A program made the translations under genes and the position numbers. DNA of 64,000 nt, from positions 608,001 through 672,000 of the forward strand of contig CBDFLQ010000005.1 of the NCBI GenBank assembly GCA_965249275.1. Direction: 5' to 3'. Shown in pieces: positions 38,340 through 48,827 of this stretch (positions are counted from its first letter, which is position 1; the number at the start of each line of letters is the position of its first letter). Under the pieces are notes generated by a model that was not told where the DNA came from, did no database searches, and saw only the letters and a list, made by a program, of their open reading frames with translations. Source of the DNA: Dehalococcoidia bacterium. GTDB taxonomy: Bacteria; Chloroflexota; Dehalococcoidia; Plut-88900.

Positions 38340-38405
38340 CGGGTCTCTCAGCATACACGGGGCGGGCAAGGGGGAGGAGAGTACCCCACCCATTCCGCTC
38401 TAAAG

Positions 38406-38467
38406 ACCCTTCGACTCAGCTCAGGGCGAGCGGAATTCCCGACCCTTGGACAAGCTGGAATGACGGA
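38406..38467. repeat. REP-like palindromic repeats
   Basis: acccttcgactcagctcagggcgagcgg and ...ggaatgacgg, matching units near 58075-58147. Confidence 0.65.
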
Positions 38468-38475
38468 GAGGCAGT

Positions 38476-39621
38476 CTAGCGGGTAGCTTCCTCGATATCG
38501 GTCAGCGAAAGCTCAATGCCGAATCCCGGCGCGTCGGAGGGTACCAACATGCCGTCTTTGGGGAATACCATCCCGGGATTTGTGCGGTAGCCGTCATTCT
38601 GCGGCTCACCGGGGGCGGTGATGATGAGGCACTCGGCCCAGGTGGCGCTGGGCATGGCGTAGGCAAGGTGTTGGCCGTAGGAGTCGCCGCCGGCTAGGTG
38701 GGGCATGACCTGTATCCCTGCGGCCTCGGCGAGGTGGCATATTTTGACAGAGGCGGTCATACCTCCCACGTAGCGGATGTCGGGCTGCATGATGTCGACA
38801 AGGTGCATTGCAGCGGCGGCGGAAAAGGGGGCGAGCATATACCAGCGCTCTCCAGAGGCAAGGGTCTGCCACGGGAGCCGCTTTCTCACCGAGCGGTATC
38901 CCTGAAGGTCTTCCGGGAGCAGGTAGTCCTCAATCCATTTTAGCCTGTAGGGGCGCAGCCTCTCGGCGAGACGGACGATGAAGTCCTGGTCGGACTCGAC
39001 GCCGTAGCAATCGAGCATAAGGTCCCGGTCGGGGCCGAGGAGGTCGCGGGCGGCGGCGATTATCTCTTCGGTCTCTCCGATAATGGCGGGGTCATGGGTG
39101 TCGGTGGCTGGAAGGCCGATCTTGGCGGCTCGGAAGCCGAGCTCCTTGAACCACTCGATGTCGGCGCCGGTGGCGTAGCAGAAGAGAGCATCTTTGGCCG
39201 GGCCACCGAGAAGCTCGTAGACGGGTCTGCCGAGCAGCTTGCCCTTGAGGTCCCAGAGGGCGAGGTCCACGGCGCTGATGGCGTACCCAGCGAGGCCGGC
39301 GGCGCTGTAGTGGACGGAGGAGTCGACCATCATGGTCCATAGCCTCTCGGTGGCCATGCAGTTTTGGCCCTTCAGGAAGGCTGCGTAATGGTCGTTGATG
39401 ATGGAGGCGACGGGGCCGGCGTTGCTGGTCATTCCCAGGCCCCAGGTTCCGTCCTCTGCGGTGACGACGCAGGCGACGTGTCCCCAGGGCGGGAACCGGT
39501 CGGGGGCCCAGACCCCGCCCCTGGTGGACATTTCATGATACCAGTCGGCCTTGGGAGTCTCGGGGCCGGTTAGGACCCTGTCGTTGGTTATCGAGGCTGC
39601 GTGGACAGATTTGATTTTCAT
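38476..39621 (-). CDS. Mandelate racemase-subgroup enolase (rhamnonate dehydratase-like)
   Basis: ISAVDLALWDLKGK, LMLDC, WIED, ASGE, QPD and PSDAPGFG. Confidence 0.88.
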   Translation of the reverse strand: MKIKSVHAASITNDRVLTGPETPKADWYHEMSTRGGVWAPDRFPPWGHVACVVTAEDGTWGLGMTSNAGPVASIINDHYAAFLKGQNCMATERLWTMMVDSSVHYSAAGLAGYAISAVDLALWDLKGKLLGRPVYELLGGPAKDALFCYATGADIEWFKELGFRAAKIGLPATDTHDPAIIGETEEIIAAARDLLGPDRDLMLDCYGVESDQDFIVRLAERLRPYRLKWIEDYLLPEDLQGYRSVRKRLPWQTLASGERWYMLAPFSAAAAMHLVDIMQPDIRYVGGMTASVKICHLAEAAGIQVMPHLAGGDSYGQHLAYAMPSATWAECLIITAPGEPQNDGYRTNPGMVFPKDGMLVPSDAPGFGIELSLTDIEEATR

Positions 39622-39718
39622 GGGTGGGTCGCTTTCAGCTATGTCTTTCAGAGGGTGATTCGCGAGTCGCCCCTACGTGGGGGTCATTCTATGCGTTCGT
39701 CGCTCGAGATACCGAATT

Positions 39719-39778
39719 CACCCTCACTCTCCTCGGCGAGTCTTAGACCCTAGCCCTCTCCTGTCAAGGGAGAGGGGA
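39719..39778. repeat. boxC-like palindrome carrying a 21-bp insertion
   Basis: caccctcac[tctcctcggcgagtcttagac]cctagccctctcc..gggagagggga. Confidence 0.7.
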
Positions 39779-39823
39779 TAAGAGTACGCCACTGATCGCT
39801 GTGGAATTGGGTGAAATAAGAGC

Positions 39824-41044
39824 TTAGAGGAGGAGGCTGGAGGGTTTTTCCAGGTAGCTTTTGATTTCGTTGACGAACTGAGCGGCCTCTGCGCCGTTGA
39901 CGACGCGGTGGTCGGCGGAGATTGTGCACTGCATGATATCGGCGATGGTGATCTGGCCGTCCCGGACGACTGGCTGTTTCGTCACGCTTCCCACGGCGAT
40001 GCTGGCGCTCTGCTTGGGGTTGATGATGGCGATGAAGCTATCGATCTGGAACATGCCAAGGTTGCTTATGGCAATGGTGGCCTCGGTGTACTCCTGGGGC
40101 TTGAGGACGCCATTGCGGGCTCGGGTGCTAAGGTCCCGGCTGGCCGCCGAGATATCTTTCAGGCTCTTGCCTCTGCAGTCGAGTATCGCGGGGGCGATGA
40201 GGCCGTCTTCCAGAGCTATGGCGACGCCTATGTTGAGGGATGGGTTGTGCTTTATTTTGCCGTCGGCGTAGTGGGAGTTGAAGGCAGGGAACTTGGCGAG
40301 AGCAAGGGCGGAGGCCTTGATAATAAGGTCGTTGACGGTGAGGCGGGCCTCGCCGGCCCAGAGCTCGTTAAGTTCCTCGCGGAGGGTCATGGCGCGGGTC
40401 ATGTCTATGCTTGCGGTGACGTAGAAGTGGGGCATCTCCTGCTTGCTCTGGGTCATGCGTCGGGCTATGGTCTGACGCATCTTTGAGAGCTCGCTGACAT
40501 CCGCCACTGCTGACGGCGCGGGGGCCGGGGCCTGGTCTGCCTCGGCGGCGGCGAGGACGTCCTCCTTGGTGATTCTGCCTTTGGGCCCCGTGCCTGTGAC
40601 CGTGGAGAGGTCTACGCCCTTCTCCTCGGCTATGCGTTTTGCCAAGGGGGATACGAGAATGCGGTCACCCTTGGAGGGGGCGGGGGGAGTGGGGGTGGGC
40701 TCAGAAATAACCGATGCAGGCGTGGCTGCGGTGGAGGGGGTGGGAGAGTCACCCTCACCCTGACCCTCTCCCGTCGAGGGAGAGGGGATTTGAGGGAGGT
40801 CTTCGTCGGCGGAGGCGATGATGCCAATGATCTGGCCGACGGGTACGGTGATGCCTTCCGTGACTACGATACGACGCAGGAGACCGGAGGCGAAGGACTC
40901 GACTTCTACGGTAGCCTTGTCGGTCTCTATCTCGACGATGGGTTCGCCCCTGTCGACGTTATCGCCTTCCGCCTTGAGCCAGCGGACGACGGTGCCCTCC
41001 TCCATATCGAAGCCCATCTGGGGCATTATTACGTCGGTGGCCAA
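39824..41044 (-). CDS. pdhC: Dihydrolipoamide acetyltransferase (PDH E2)
   Basis: Lipoyl motif ETDKA, E3-binding GTGPKGRI and catalytic DHRVVNG. Confidence 0.93.
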   Translation of the reverse strand: MATDVIMPQMGFDMEEGTVVRWLKAEGDNVDRGEPIVEIETDKATVEVESFASGLLRRIVVTEGITVPVGQIIGIIASADEDLPQIPSPSTGEGQGEGDSPTPSTAATPASVISEPTPTPPAPSKGDRILVSPLAKRIAEEKGVDLSTVTGTGPKGRITKEDVLAAAEADQAPAPAPSAVADVSELSKMRQTIARRMTQSKQEMPHFYVTASIDMTRAMTLREELNELWAGEARLTVNDLIIKASALALAKFPAFNSHYADGKIKHNPSLNIGVAIALEDGLIAPAILDCRGKSLKDISAASRDLSTRARNGVLKPQEYTEATIAISNLGMFQIDSFIAIINPKQSASIAVGSVTKQPVVRDGQITIADIMQCTISADHRVVNGAEAAQFVNEIKSYLEKPSSLLL

Positions 41045-41100
41045 TGGTCTGCCTCCTATGAAATCTAGGCGATTGCTGATACGTAGAAAGGCGCGAAAAG

Positions 41101-42075
41101 CTAGAAAAGGCGGTGGACAGCCTCGATGACTCGGGCGTCGCTGGGCATAGCGGCCTGCTCCAGGGAACGGGCGTAAGGCATGGGAATATCGAGAGAGGCG
41201 ACCCTTTGAACGGGGGCATCAAGGTATTCGAGGACGTTTTCCATGATAAGGGCGGAGACCTCTGCGCCGATGCCCATGGGCTTCCAGCCTTCCTCGACGA
41301 CGACGGCCCTGCTGGTCTTTTTCACCGACTCGACAATCGTATCGGTGTCCATGGGTCGGAGGCTGCGGAGGTCTACGACCTCGGCTTCTATGCCCTCCTC
41401 GGACAGCTTCTCGGCGGCGTCCAGGGAGACCCTGGTCATCCGGGAGTAGGTGATGATAGTGACGTCCGAGCCCTCGCGTTTGATGTCGGCCTTGCCGAAG
41501 GGGATGGTGAAGTCGGGGTCTTCGGGGACTTCGCCTCGGGACCCGTATAGGAGGGAGTGCTCTATGAACATAACGGTGTTCGGGTCACGGTAGGCGGTCC
41601 TGAAAAGGCCTATGGCGTCGGCGGGGGTGGAGGGTGCGACTACGCGGAGACCGGGGACGTGGGCGTACCAGCCCTCGAGGCTCTGGGAGTGGGAGGCGGC
41701 AAGCTGGTTGCCACCACCGCTGACGGTGCGGATGACAAGAGGCACGGTGACCTGACCGCCGGACATATAGTGGAGCTTGGCGGCGCTGTTAACGATCTGG
41801 TCGATGGCAAGCAGGCTGAAGTTGATGGTCATTAGCTCGACGATGGGGCGGGAGCCTCCCATTGCAGCGCCGATACCCGCGCCCACTATCACTGATTCGG
41901 ATATGGGCGTGTCCTTGATCCTCTCTCGGCCGTATTTGTCCAGGAAGCCCTTGGTGACGGCGTAGGCCCCTTCATAGGTGCCGATATCCTCGCCCATCAA
42001 GAAGGCGCGGGGGTCGTTGTCCAGAGTCTCCTTGAGGACCCGGCTGATGGCTTTCCTGTAAGTGATTGATGCCAT
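41101..42075 (-). CDS. pdhB: Pyruvate dehydrogenase E1 beta
   Basis: GEDIG, DTPISE, HSQ and VDLRSLRP. Confidence 0.93.
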   Translation of the reverse strand: MASITYRKAISRVLKETLDNDPRAFLMGEDIGTYEGAYAVTKGFLDKYGRERIKDTPISESVIVGAGIGAAMGGSRPIVELMTINFSLLAIDQIVNSAAKLHYMSGGQVTVPLVIRTVSGGGNQLAASHSQSLEGWYAHVPGLRVVAPSTPADAIGLFRTAYRDPNTVMFIEHSLLYGSRGEVPEDPDFTIPFGKADIKREGSDVTIITYSRMTRVSLDAAEKLSEEGIEAEVVDLRSLRPMDTDTIVESVKKTSRAVVVEEGWKPMGIGAEVSALIMENVLEYLDAPVQRVASLDIPMPYARSLEQAAMPSDARVIEAVHRLF

Positions 42076-42087
42076 GTCGGTGGGTGT

Positions 42088-43068
42088 CTAGGCGTATACG
42101 TCGTCGGAGATGGATTCGTAGGGAAGGACGGGGCTTTCGTCGGCGAAGCGGACTGCGTCCTCAATAACTTCGTCGGCCTCGGCTTCAAGGGCCTTCATTT
42201 CCGTTTCGTCCAGCAGGCCAAGCTCTTCCATGTGGCGTTTCATGCGGACAATGGGGCCCTTGTTGCGCCACTCCTCTTCCTCGGTCTTTTTGCGGTAGAC
42301 CATGGGGTCGGCCATTGAGTGGCCTCGGAAGCGGTAGGAGATCGCCTCAATGAAAGTGGGTCCCTGGCCCTTGCGGGCCCGGTCGACGGCCTCCCTGGTC
42401 GCTTCCATCACCTCGAAGACGTCCATGCCGTCGATCTTGCCGGGGGTGTTGATGCCGTAGACGGGGGCGAAGCGGAAGATATCGGTGCCGGCGAAGGTGT
42501 CGGAGATGGGAGAGCCCATGCCATAGCCGTTGTTTTCGCAGAAGAAGACGACGGGCAGGTTCCAGAGGGCGGCGAGGTTGAGGGACTCGTGGAACTCGCC
42601 CTCGTTGACTGCGCCGTCGCCGAAGAAGCAGAGGGTCACACTATCCTTGCCCTGCTGCTGGGCAGCGAGGCCGAGGCCCACGGCGATGGGCATCATGCCG
42701 CCGACTATGGCGTAGCCCCCCAGAAAGCCTCGTTCGGCGTCGAACAGGTGCATGGAGCCGCCCTTGCCCTTGCTGGTGCCGGTGGAACGACCGAAGAGCT
42801 CGGCCATTATGCGCCGGGGCTCGATGCCCCGGGCGAGGGCGTGGCCGTGCTCCCGGTAGTGGCTGACTATGTAGTCCTGGGGTTTCAGAGTGGAAATCGA
42901 GCCTACGGCCATGGCCTCTTCGCCAATATACAGGTGCAGAAATCCGCCGATTTTGCCTCTCATGTACATTTCTGCGGCCTTCTCCTCAAATCTGCGGATG
43001 AGCAACATCTGTTTGAGGAGGTCCGTATACTGCCATTTTTCCATGATGGGCTTGCTGAGTACTTTCAT
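42088..43068 (-). CDS. pdhA: Pyruvate dehydrogenase E1 alpha
   Basis: GFLHLYIGEE, GKGGSMH, TPP motif GDGA...ENN and YRFRGHSMAD. Confidence 0.95.
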   Translation of the reverse strand: MKVLSKPIMEKWQYTDLLKQMLLIRRFEEKAAEMYMRGKIGGFLHLYIGEEAMAVGSISTLKPQDYIVSHYREHGHALARGIEPRRIMAELFGRSTGTSKGKGGSMHLFDAERGFLGGYAIVGGMMPIAVGLGLAAQQQGKDSVTLCFFGDGAVNEGEFHESLNLAALWNLPVVFFCENNGYGMGSPISDTFAGTDIFRFAPVYGINTPGKIDGMDVFEVMEATREAVDRARKGQGPTFIEAISYRFRGHSMADPMVYRKKTEEEEWRNKGPIVRMKRHMEELGLLDETEMKALEAEADEVIEDAVRFADESPVLPYESISDDVYA

Positions 43069-43086
43069 GGCCTGCTCCGCGTCCCG

Positions 43087-44466
43087 CTACATGTGAATAG
43101 CCTGGCCCATTGCTGCCAGTGCTGCTTCCTTAAGGGCTTCGGAAAGGGTGGGGTGGGGGTGAACCGCGAGGCCGATATCCTCGACCGTAGCATCGAGGGC
43201 CTGGGCCACCGACACCTCTCCCAAAAGCTCCGTAACCTCCGGCCCGATCATATGGGCTCCAAGTATCTCGCCGTACTCTGCCCCGGCGACGACTTTTACG
43301 AACCCCTCCCTGTCACCCAGTCCCAGGGCTTTTCCGCTGGCCATAAAGGGGAACTTGCCGACTTTCACGTCGAGGCCGCGCTCTCGGGCCTGGGCTTCGG
43401 TAATGCCGACGCTGGCGACCTGGGGTTGGCAGTAGGTTGCCCTGGGTATGTTTTCAGAGACCAGCTTGGTTGTTGGGAGGCCGGCGATGGTCTCGACGGC
43501 GATGTGACCCTGGGCGAAGGCCGTGTGGGCGAGGAGAGGAGCACCGGTGACGTCTCCTACGGCGAATACATTAGAAAGATTGGTGCGCATCACGTCGTCG
43601 ACCGCGATGAAGCCGTTTCGCATCTCAATGCCAAGCTCCGGCAGGCCAGTGCCCGCAATGTTGCCCTCCAGCCCTACGGCAACGAGAACTTTGTCGCAGA
43701 CGACCTGGGAGGTGTCGGGGCCAGTGGATACCGTGAGGGTGCCTACGCCGTTGGTGAAATCTGAGGCCTCGACACGGGAGCCGGTCATGATATTGATGCC
43801 CTGTTTCTGGAAGGACTTTTCGAGGGTTTCGCTGATCTCAGGATCCTCGTTGGGGAGGAGGTGGGGCAGGAGCTCGATGATGGTAACCTCGCAGCCGTAG
43901 GTGGACCAGAGATATGCGAACTCGGCGCCCGCGGCGCCGCCCCCGACAATGGCCGTGCGTCCGGGAAGCTGCTTCATCGCAAGGGCTACGCGGGTGGTGA
44001 TGATACGTTCGCCGTCAACGGGGAGCGGTGGCAAACCTTTGTTGAGAGCACCGGTGGCAACGATGATGTTCCCGGCTTCGATCTCTTCCTGGCCGTCGAC
44101 CAATACGCGGCCGGGGGCAGGAATCGAGGCCATTCCGGGGATAACATCGATGCCGTAGCGCTTCATAAGGGACTTCAGGCCGCCTACCAGTCTCTTCACC
44201 ACCTGGCGGCTGCGGTCGACGGCCTTGCCGTAATCGACGGTGAGGTTGTCGAAGGAGATGCCGAACTCGTTGGCTCGGTGGAAGAGAGAAAGGACCTCGG
44301 CGTTGCGTAGGAGGGCCTTGCTGGGTATGCAGCCCCAGTTCAGGCACAGGCCCCCGACCTCTTCCTTTTCGACTATGGCCGCGCGGAGACCGAGCTGGGC
44401 CCCGCGGATGGCGGCCACATAGCCCCCCGGGCCCCCACCAATGACGACTATGTCATAACTTTTCAT
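43087..44466 (-). CDS. lpdA: Dihydrolipoyl dehydrogenase
   Basis: GGGPGG, CLNWGC and HPHPTLSE. Confidence 0.95.
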   Translation of the reverse strand: MKSYDIVVIGGGPGGYVAAIRGAQLGLRAAIVEKEEVGGLCLNWGCIPSKALLRNAEVLSLFHRANEFGISFDNLTVDYGKAVDRSRQVVKRLVGGLKSLMKRYGIDVIPGMASIPAPGRVLVDGQEEIEAGNIIVATGALNKGLPPLPVDGERIITTRVALAMKQLPGRTAIVGGGAAGAEFAYLWSTYGCEVTIIELLPHLLPNEDPEISETLEKSFQKQGINIMTGSRVEASDFTNGVGTLTVSTGPDTSQVVCDKVLVAVGLEGNIAGTGLPELGIEMRNGFIAVDDVMRTNLSNVFAVGDVTGAPLLAHTAFAQGHIAVETIAGLPTTKLVSENIPRATYCQPQVASVGITEAQARERGLDVKVGKFPFMASGKALGLGDREGFVKVVAGAEYGEILGAHMIGPEVTELLGEVSVAQALDATVEDIGLAVHPHPTLSEALKEAALAAMGQAIHM

Positions 44467-44482
44467 GCTTACAGGATACTAC

Positions 44483-45361
44483 CTAGACCTGCTCGTGAGC
44501 GTGGTAGGAGCTGCGGACCAAGGGGCCGGACTCCACGTGACGGAAACCCATCCTCCGGCCTTCTTCCTTCAGCTCGGCGAACTCCTCGGGGGTGTAGTAG
44601 CGAGATATGGGGAGGTGCGACTCGGAGGGGCGGAGGTACTGGCCTATGGTGAGGATGTCGCAGCCGACGTCATGCAGGTCGTGCATGGACTGCAGCACCT
44701 CTTCAACCTCTTCCCCAACACCCATCATCATGCCGGATTTGGTCAGCTTATCCGGCGACTTGATCTTGGCCCTCTCCAGTAGCTGCAACGATCTTTCGTA
44801 TGTGGCCCGGGAGCGGACAACCTTCTGGAGACGGGCGACGGTCTCGATGTTGTGATTTAGGATATCGGGTCCGGCGCCGAGGACCGTGTCCAGGCTGGAC
44901 TCGGAGCCGCCAAAGTCGGGTATAAGCACCTCGATACGGGTTTCGGGATTGCGCAACCTAGTCCTGGTAATCACCTCGCCGAATGCAGAGGCGCCGCCGT
45001 CGGGCAGATCGTCCCGGGCCACGGAGGTAATGACGACGTGGGAGAGGTTCATCTTCTCGACGGCTCGGGCGACGCGCTCGGGCTCCAGGGGGTCGTTCCA
45101 AGTGGGCTTGCCGCTGGTTACGGCGCAGAAGCGGCAAGCTCGGGTGCAGACGTCACCGAGGATCATGAAAGTAGCGGTGCGGTTCTGCCAGCATTCGAAG
45201 ATGTTGGGGCAGTTGGCCTCCTCACAGACCGTGTTGAGGGTCATCTTCCGCATCAATGACTTCAACTCCAGGTAGTTGGGGCCAGTCTTGAGGCGGACCT
45301 TCAGCCACGGGGGGCGTCGGGAGGGTGGGGAGGATTTTGTGGAGATAGTTGTAGGGCCCAT
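44483..45361 (-). CDS. lipA: Lipoyl synthase
   Basis: [20 protein letters not shown] and RSSYHA. Start uncertain (45361 or 45415). Confidence 0.95.
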   Translation of the reverse strand: MGPTTISTKSSPPSRRPPWLKVRLKTGPNYLELKSLMRKMTLNTVCEEANCPNIFECWQNRTATFMILGDVCTRACRFCAVTSGKPTWNDPLEPERVARAVEKMNLSHVVITSVARDDLPDGGASAFGEVITRTRLRNPETRIEVLIPDFGGSESSLDTVLGAGPDILNHNIETVARLQKVVRSRATYERSLQLLERAKIKSPDKLTKSGMMMGVGEEVEEVLQSMHDLHDVGCDILTIGQYLRPSESHLPISRYYTPEEFAELKEEGRRMGFRHVESGPLVRSSYHAHEQV

Positions 45362-45622
45362 ATCTAAATTATTCGCAGGCCAAATACCAGGGGACACTCC
45401 GAGCACATTATACACTTTCGGCCCGTAGGCAAATTTATGCCTATTGCCATCCCCCCCTGCACCCCAGCCCCGGGCCTATTTGCCCATTCATGTCCCAGTG
45501 TGAACGGGGAAGGGAATCAAATCAGGTTGCGGGGGAGTCGGGGGTGGGGTGCAGAAATGAGCTCTTAATGCCCTGTAGTTGAGCCCCATAACTTTAGAAG
45601 CTAGTGCGTTACTGATATGTAA

Positions 45623-45708
45623 TAGCAATAATGATTCATTGCTACTGCTACCCTGACTGCCACTGGTCATTGGTACGACTTGACAAGAGTTTCAGGTGAT
45701 TTTATGAT
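45623..45708 (+). promoter_or_regulatory. Fur/Zur-like inverted repeat and promoter of the Zn ABC operon
   Basis: TAGCAAT-N8-ATTGCTA at 45623-45644 and TTGACA-N17-TATGAT at 45680-45708. Confidence 0.55.
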
Positions 45709-45781
45709 GTCGTACAAGCTAAGTCGATCACCCTTAAATGACTGACTAAAGATACTGAATATCAAGTGAGACGCACCGCAC

Positions 45782-46981
45782 ATGATATTACATGCCAATA
45801 AATTTCAGCTGCCAGCTATTGCTCTGACGCTAGTCTTGGCGGGCATCTTGGCAATTGTGGTGGTCGCAGGTTGCTCGGGTGGGGATGGCACGGACGGTGG
45901 GGGAGAGTCAGATGTGGTCCAGGTGGTCACTACTATCAGCTTCATAGCAGACTGGGCGGAGAACGTGGGTGGTGACCGGGTGGAGGTGTTCAGCCTGGTA
46001 CCGACCGGCGCCGACCCCCACGGGTTTCAGCCCGGGGCCAGGGACGTTGCCAAGATCGCGGATGCCGATATCGTATTCAGTGTCGGGCTCAGTCTTGAAG
46101 GATCCTGGTTGAGGGAACTGTTGGAGAATGCGGCTCGGGACCCTTCCACCATCATTGAACTCAGCGACGCCATAGAGCCCATTGAGTTTGCTGAATCTCA
46201 CAAGGAAGACGTGGAGCTTCTTGAGCACATTGGTGAGGCCGTTCATGAGGTGGAAGAAGGGGAACTCACGCCCGATGCCGCTATCGAAGAGATAAAGGGT
46301 CTGCTCACTGCTGCCGATGAGGAAGAAGAGACCGCGATGGTCCAGGCAATAATTGATCAGGTGGATGGCGGCGCGATGGACCCCGCAGATGGCATCGAGG
46401 AGATCGAACACCTTCTTTCCGAAGGAGAGGATGAGCACGAGGGCCACGGGCATGGTGTAGAGGACCCGCACTTCTGGTTCGACCCGCTCCGGGTGAAGCT
46501 GGCAGTTAACGAAATCACAGCCCGTCTCTCAGTCCTGGACCCTGATGGCGCTGATGGCTATGTAGCAAACGCTTCCGAATACAACGCTCAGTTGGACGAG
46601 CTGGACGAATGGACGCAAGATCAGGTTGCTTCCATTCCTGATTCCCAAAGGTTCCTTGTGACCTCCCACGACAGCTTCGGATACTTCGCAGAGAGGTACG
46701 GGTTCGAAGTGGTGGGGGTTATTCTGTCCACGACCACGGAAGTGGAGCCGTCGGCGGAGCACCTCACGGAACTTGTTGAAGTGGTGGAGAAGTACAACGT
46801 ACCGGCGGTGTTCGGAGAGGCGACAGTAAGCGAGCGGCTAGCCACATCCATCGCCGAAGAGTCGGGGGCGGAGCTCATATGGCTCTATTCCGGGTCTCTC
46901 GGGGTAGATGGGAGCGGGGCAGAGACTTACCTGGACATGATGCGGACGAATGTCGAGCGCATAGTCAGGGCTCTCAAGTAA
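45782..46981 (+). CDS. znuA: Zn/Mn ABC transporter substrate-binding lipoprotein
   Basis: Lipobox VVAGC, DPHGFQP, a His/Glu-rich loop, DPHFWFDP and SHDSFGY. Confidence 0.85.
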   Translation: MILHANKFQLPAIALTLVLAGILAIVVVAGCSGGDGTDGGGESDVVQVVTTISFIADWAENVGGDRVEVFSLVPTGADPHGFQPGARDVAKIADADIVFSVGLSLEGSWLRELLENAARDPSTIIELSDAIEPIEFAESHKEDVELLEHIGEAVHEVEEGELTPDAAIEEIKGLLTAADEEEETAMVQAIIDQVDGGAMDPADGIEEIEHLLSEGEDEHEGHGHGVEDPHFWFDPLRVKLAVNEITARLSVLDPDGADGYVANASEYNAQLDELDEWTQDQVASIPDSQRFLVTSHDSFGYFAERYGFEVVGVILSTTTEVEPSAEHLTELVEVVEKYNVPAVFGEATVSERLATSIAEESGAELIWLYSGSLGVDGSGAETYLDMMRTNVERIVRALK

Positions 46982-47021
46982 GCGTCGGCAGTATAAAGGC
47001 AACGACAAGGCAGGACGGCAG

Positions 47022-47789
47022 ATGGTAAAGACAGTTAATGATCCGGGCATAAGCATGGAAGACGTGACAGTGCTGCGCGGCGGCCACACTGCGTTGACTG
47101 AGGTCACATTCTCCGTGGGGCCGGGCACTCTGATGGGGGTTCTGGGGCCCAATGGCGCGGGCAAGAGCACCCTGTTCGAGGCCATAGTCGGCCTGCTGCC
47201 CCTTAGTAAAGGCACGGTGAAACTTCACGGCTCCGCCACCGAAAAGGCTGGAGTGTCCTACGTGCCACAGCGAGACAAGATCAACTGGCAGTTTCCCGCC
47301 ACTGTCCAGGACGTGGTGACCATGGGGCGAGGCTGGAATATCGGGTGGTTCAGGCAGCCTGGGAAACAGGACCGTGAGATAGTACGCGATTGCCTGGACC
47401 GGGTAGACCTGTGGGACAAGCGCAAATCTCTCGTCACCGAGCTATCCGGGGGGCAGCGGCAGCGGGTCTTTATAGCTCGGGCCCTGGCACAGGAGGCCAG
47501 CATAATCCTGCTGGACGAGGCCTTTAGCGGGGTAGACGTCGGGGCGCAGGAGGGGATTATCGAGGTGCTCCAGACCCTTCGGGACGAGGGTAGGGTAGTT
47601 TTACTGGCAACCCACGACCTCACCAATATGGCCCAACGCTTCGATCAGATTCTATGCATCAATCACCACGTTTGCGCCCAAGGCCCGCCCGATGTGGCGT
47701 TCACGCCAGAGGTCCTTGAAGAGCTTTATGGCTCTCACGGCATCGAGTTTGCCGTCAACCACTTCGACCCAACACTCGGGGGCGGGTGA
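47022..47789 (+). CDS. znuC: Metal ABC transporter ATPase
   Basis: GPNGAGKST, YVPQ, LSGGQRQR, LLDE and THD. Confidence 0.85.
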   Translation: MVKTVNDPGISMEDVTVLRGGHTALTEVTFSVGPGTLMGVLGPNGAGKSTLFEAIVGLLPLSKGTVKLHGSATEKAGVSYVPQRDKINWQFPATVQDVVTMGRGWNIGWFRQPGKQDREIVRDCLDRVDLWDKRKSLVTELSGGQRQRVFIARALAQEASIILLDEAFSGVDVGAQEGIIEVLQTLRDEGRVVLLATHDLTNMAQRFDQILCINHHVCAQGPPDVAFTPEVLEELYGSHGIEFAVNHFDPTLGGG

Positions 47790-48616
47790 TGGACTACATA
47801 TTCGGGCCTTTCGAATACAGCTTCATGGTGCGGGCGCTGATTGTGTCCGTGCTCGTGGGGGTGATGTGCCCGATCCTGGGGGCCTACGTCATCACCAGGG
47901 GACGCTCCTTCATGGGCGACGCCCTGGCGCACTCCGTGCTGCCCGCGATGGTGGTCGCCTTCCTGCTCGGTATCAGTCCTTTCTTCGCAGCAGTGCCGGC
48001 GGGAATTTTGATTGCACTGTTGATGGGGGCAGTGAGCCGGCGCACGGGGGTCAGCGAGGACACATCGATCGGAATAATTTTCGCGGGCATGTTCGCGCTG
48101 GGACTGGTGATGCTTTCCAGGGCGACGAATATCAACGTTGACATAGAGGACCTGCTTCTCGGACAAGTTCTCGGGGTTTCACAGACGGACGTATATGTGT
48201 CGCTGGGCCTGACGGCCCTTGTGTTGGTGGGTCTTTACGCGTTTCACCGACAGCTGGTCTACACGACGTTCGACGCGGTGGGTGCGGCGGTGGTTGGAAT
48301 AAAGACCCGGTTTATCGAATACGTGCTCTTAGCCCTTCTAGCTCTAGTTATTGTTATCGGAATACAGGCGGCGGGAATCGTGCTGGTGATGGCGATGCTG
48401 ATCACGCCTGCGGCGGCTGGGTACTTGCTGGCGAGACGGTTTGTCGGGGTGATGGTCATAGGGGCGGTTATTGGAGCGTTATCGGCGATAGCGGGTCTTT
48501 ACCTTTCCTACTACGCTGATCTGCCCTCGGGCCCGGCCATGGCACTGGTAGCGACAGGATTCTTCGCTGTAGCAGCAGTTGTAAAGAAGGGCATATTCGC
48601 CAAGTCTGGAGGTTGA
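47786..48616 (+). CDS. znuB: Metal ABC transporter permease
   Basis: GDALAH, EDTSIG and DLPSGP in a hydrophobic protein. Confidence 0.85.
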   Translation: MMDYIFGPFEYSFMVRALIVSVLVGVMCPILGAYVITRGRSFMGDALAHSVLPAMVVAFLLGISPFFAAVPAGILIALLMGAVSRRTGVSEDTSIGIIFAGMFALGLVMLSRATNINVDIEDLLLGQVLGVSQTDVYVSLGLTALVLVGLYAFHRQLVYTTFDAVGAAVVGIKTRFIEYVLLALLALVIVIGIQAAGIVLVMAMLITPAAAGYLLARRFVGVMVIGAVIGALSAIAGLYLSYYADLPSGPAMALVATGFFAVAAVVKKGIFAKSGG

Positions 48617-48827
48617 GACTGACATCTTGGGCACCCGGACAATCTAGGCCTGGGGCAAGATGTACAGCTTAGGATCGAGTGGAGACTGCCAATCCTCCAT
48701 AAGTATGGTACAAGGTATAGAAAACCATGCCAAAGGACAGCCTCACGCTGGTGCGGTCCTACCGTTGCGGTAATAAACTTAAGCTATTGCGGTTCCTGCG
48801 AAAAAGGTTACGGGAATCCGTGCGCAA

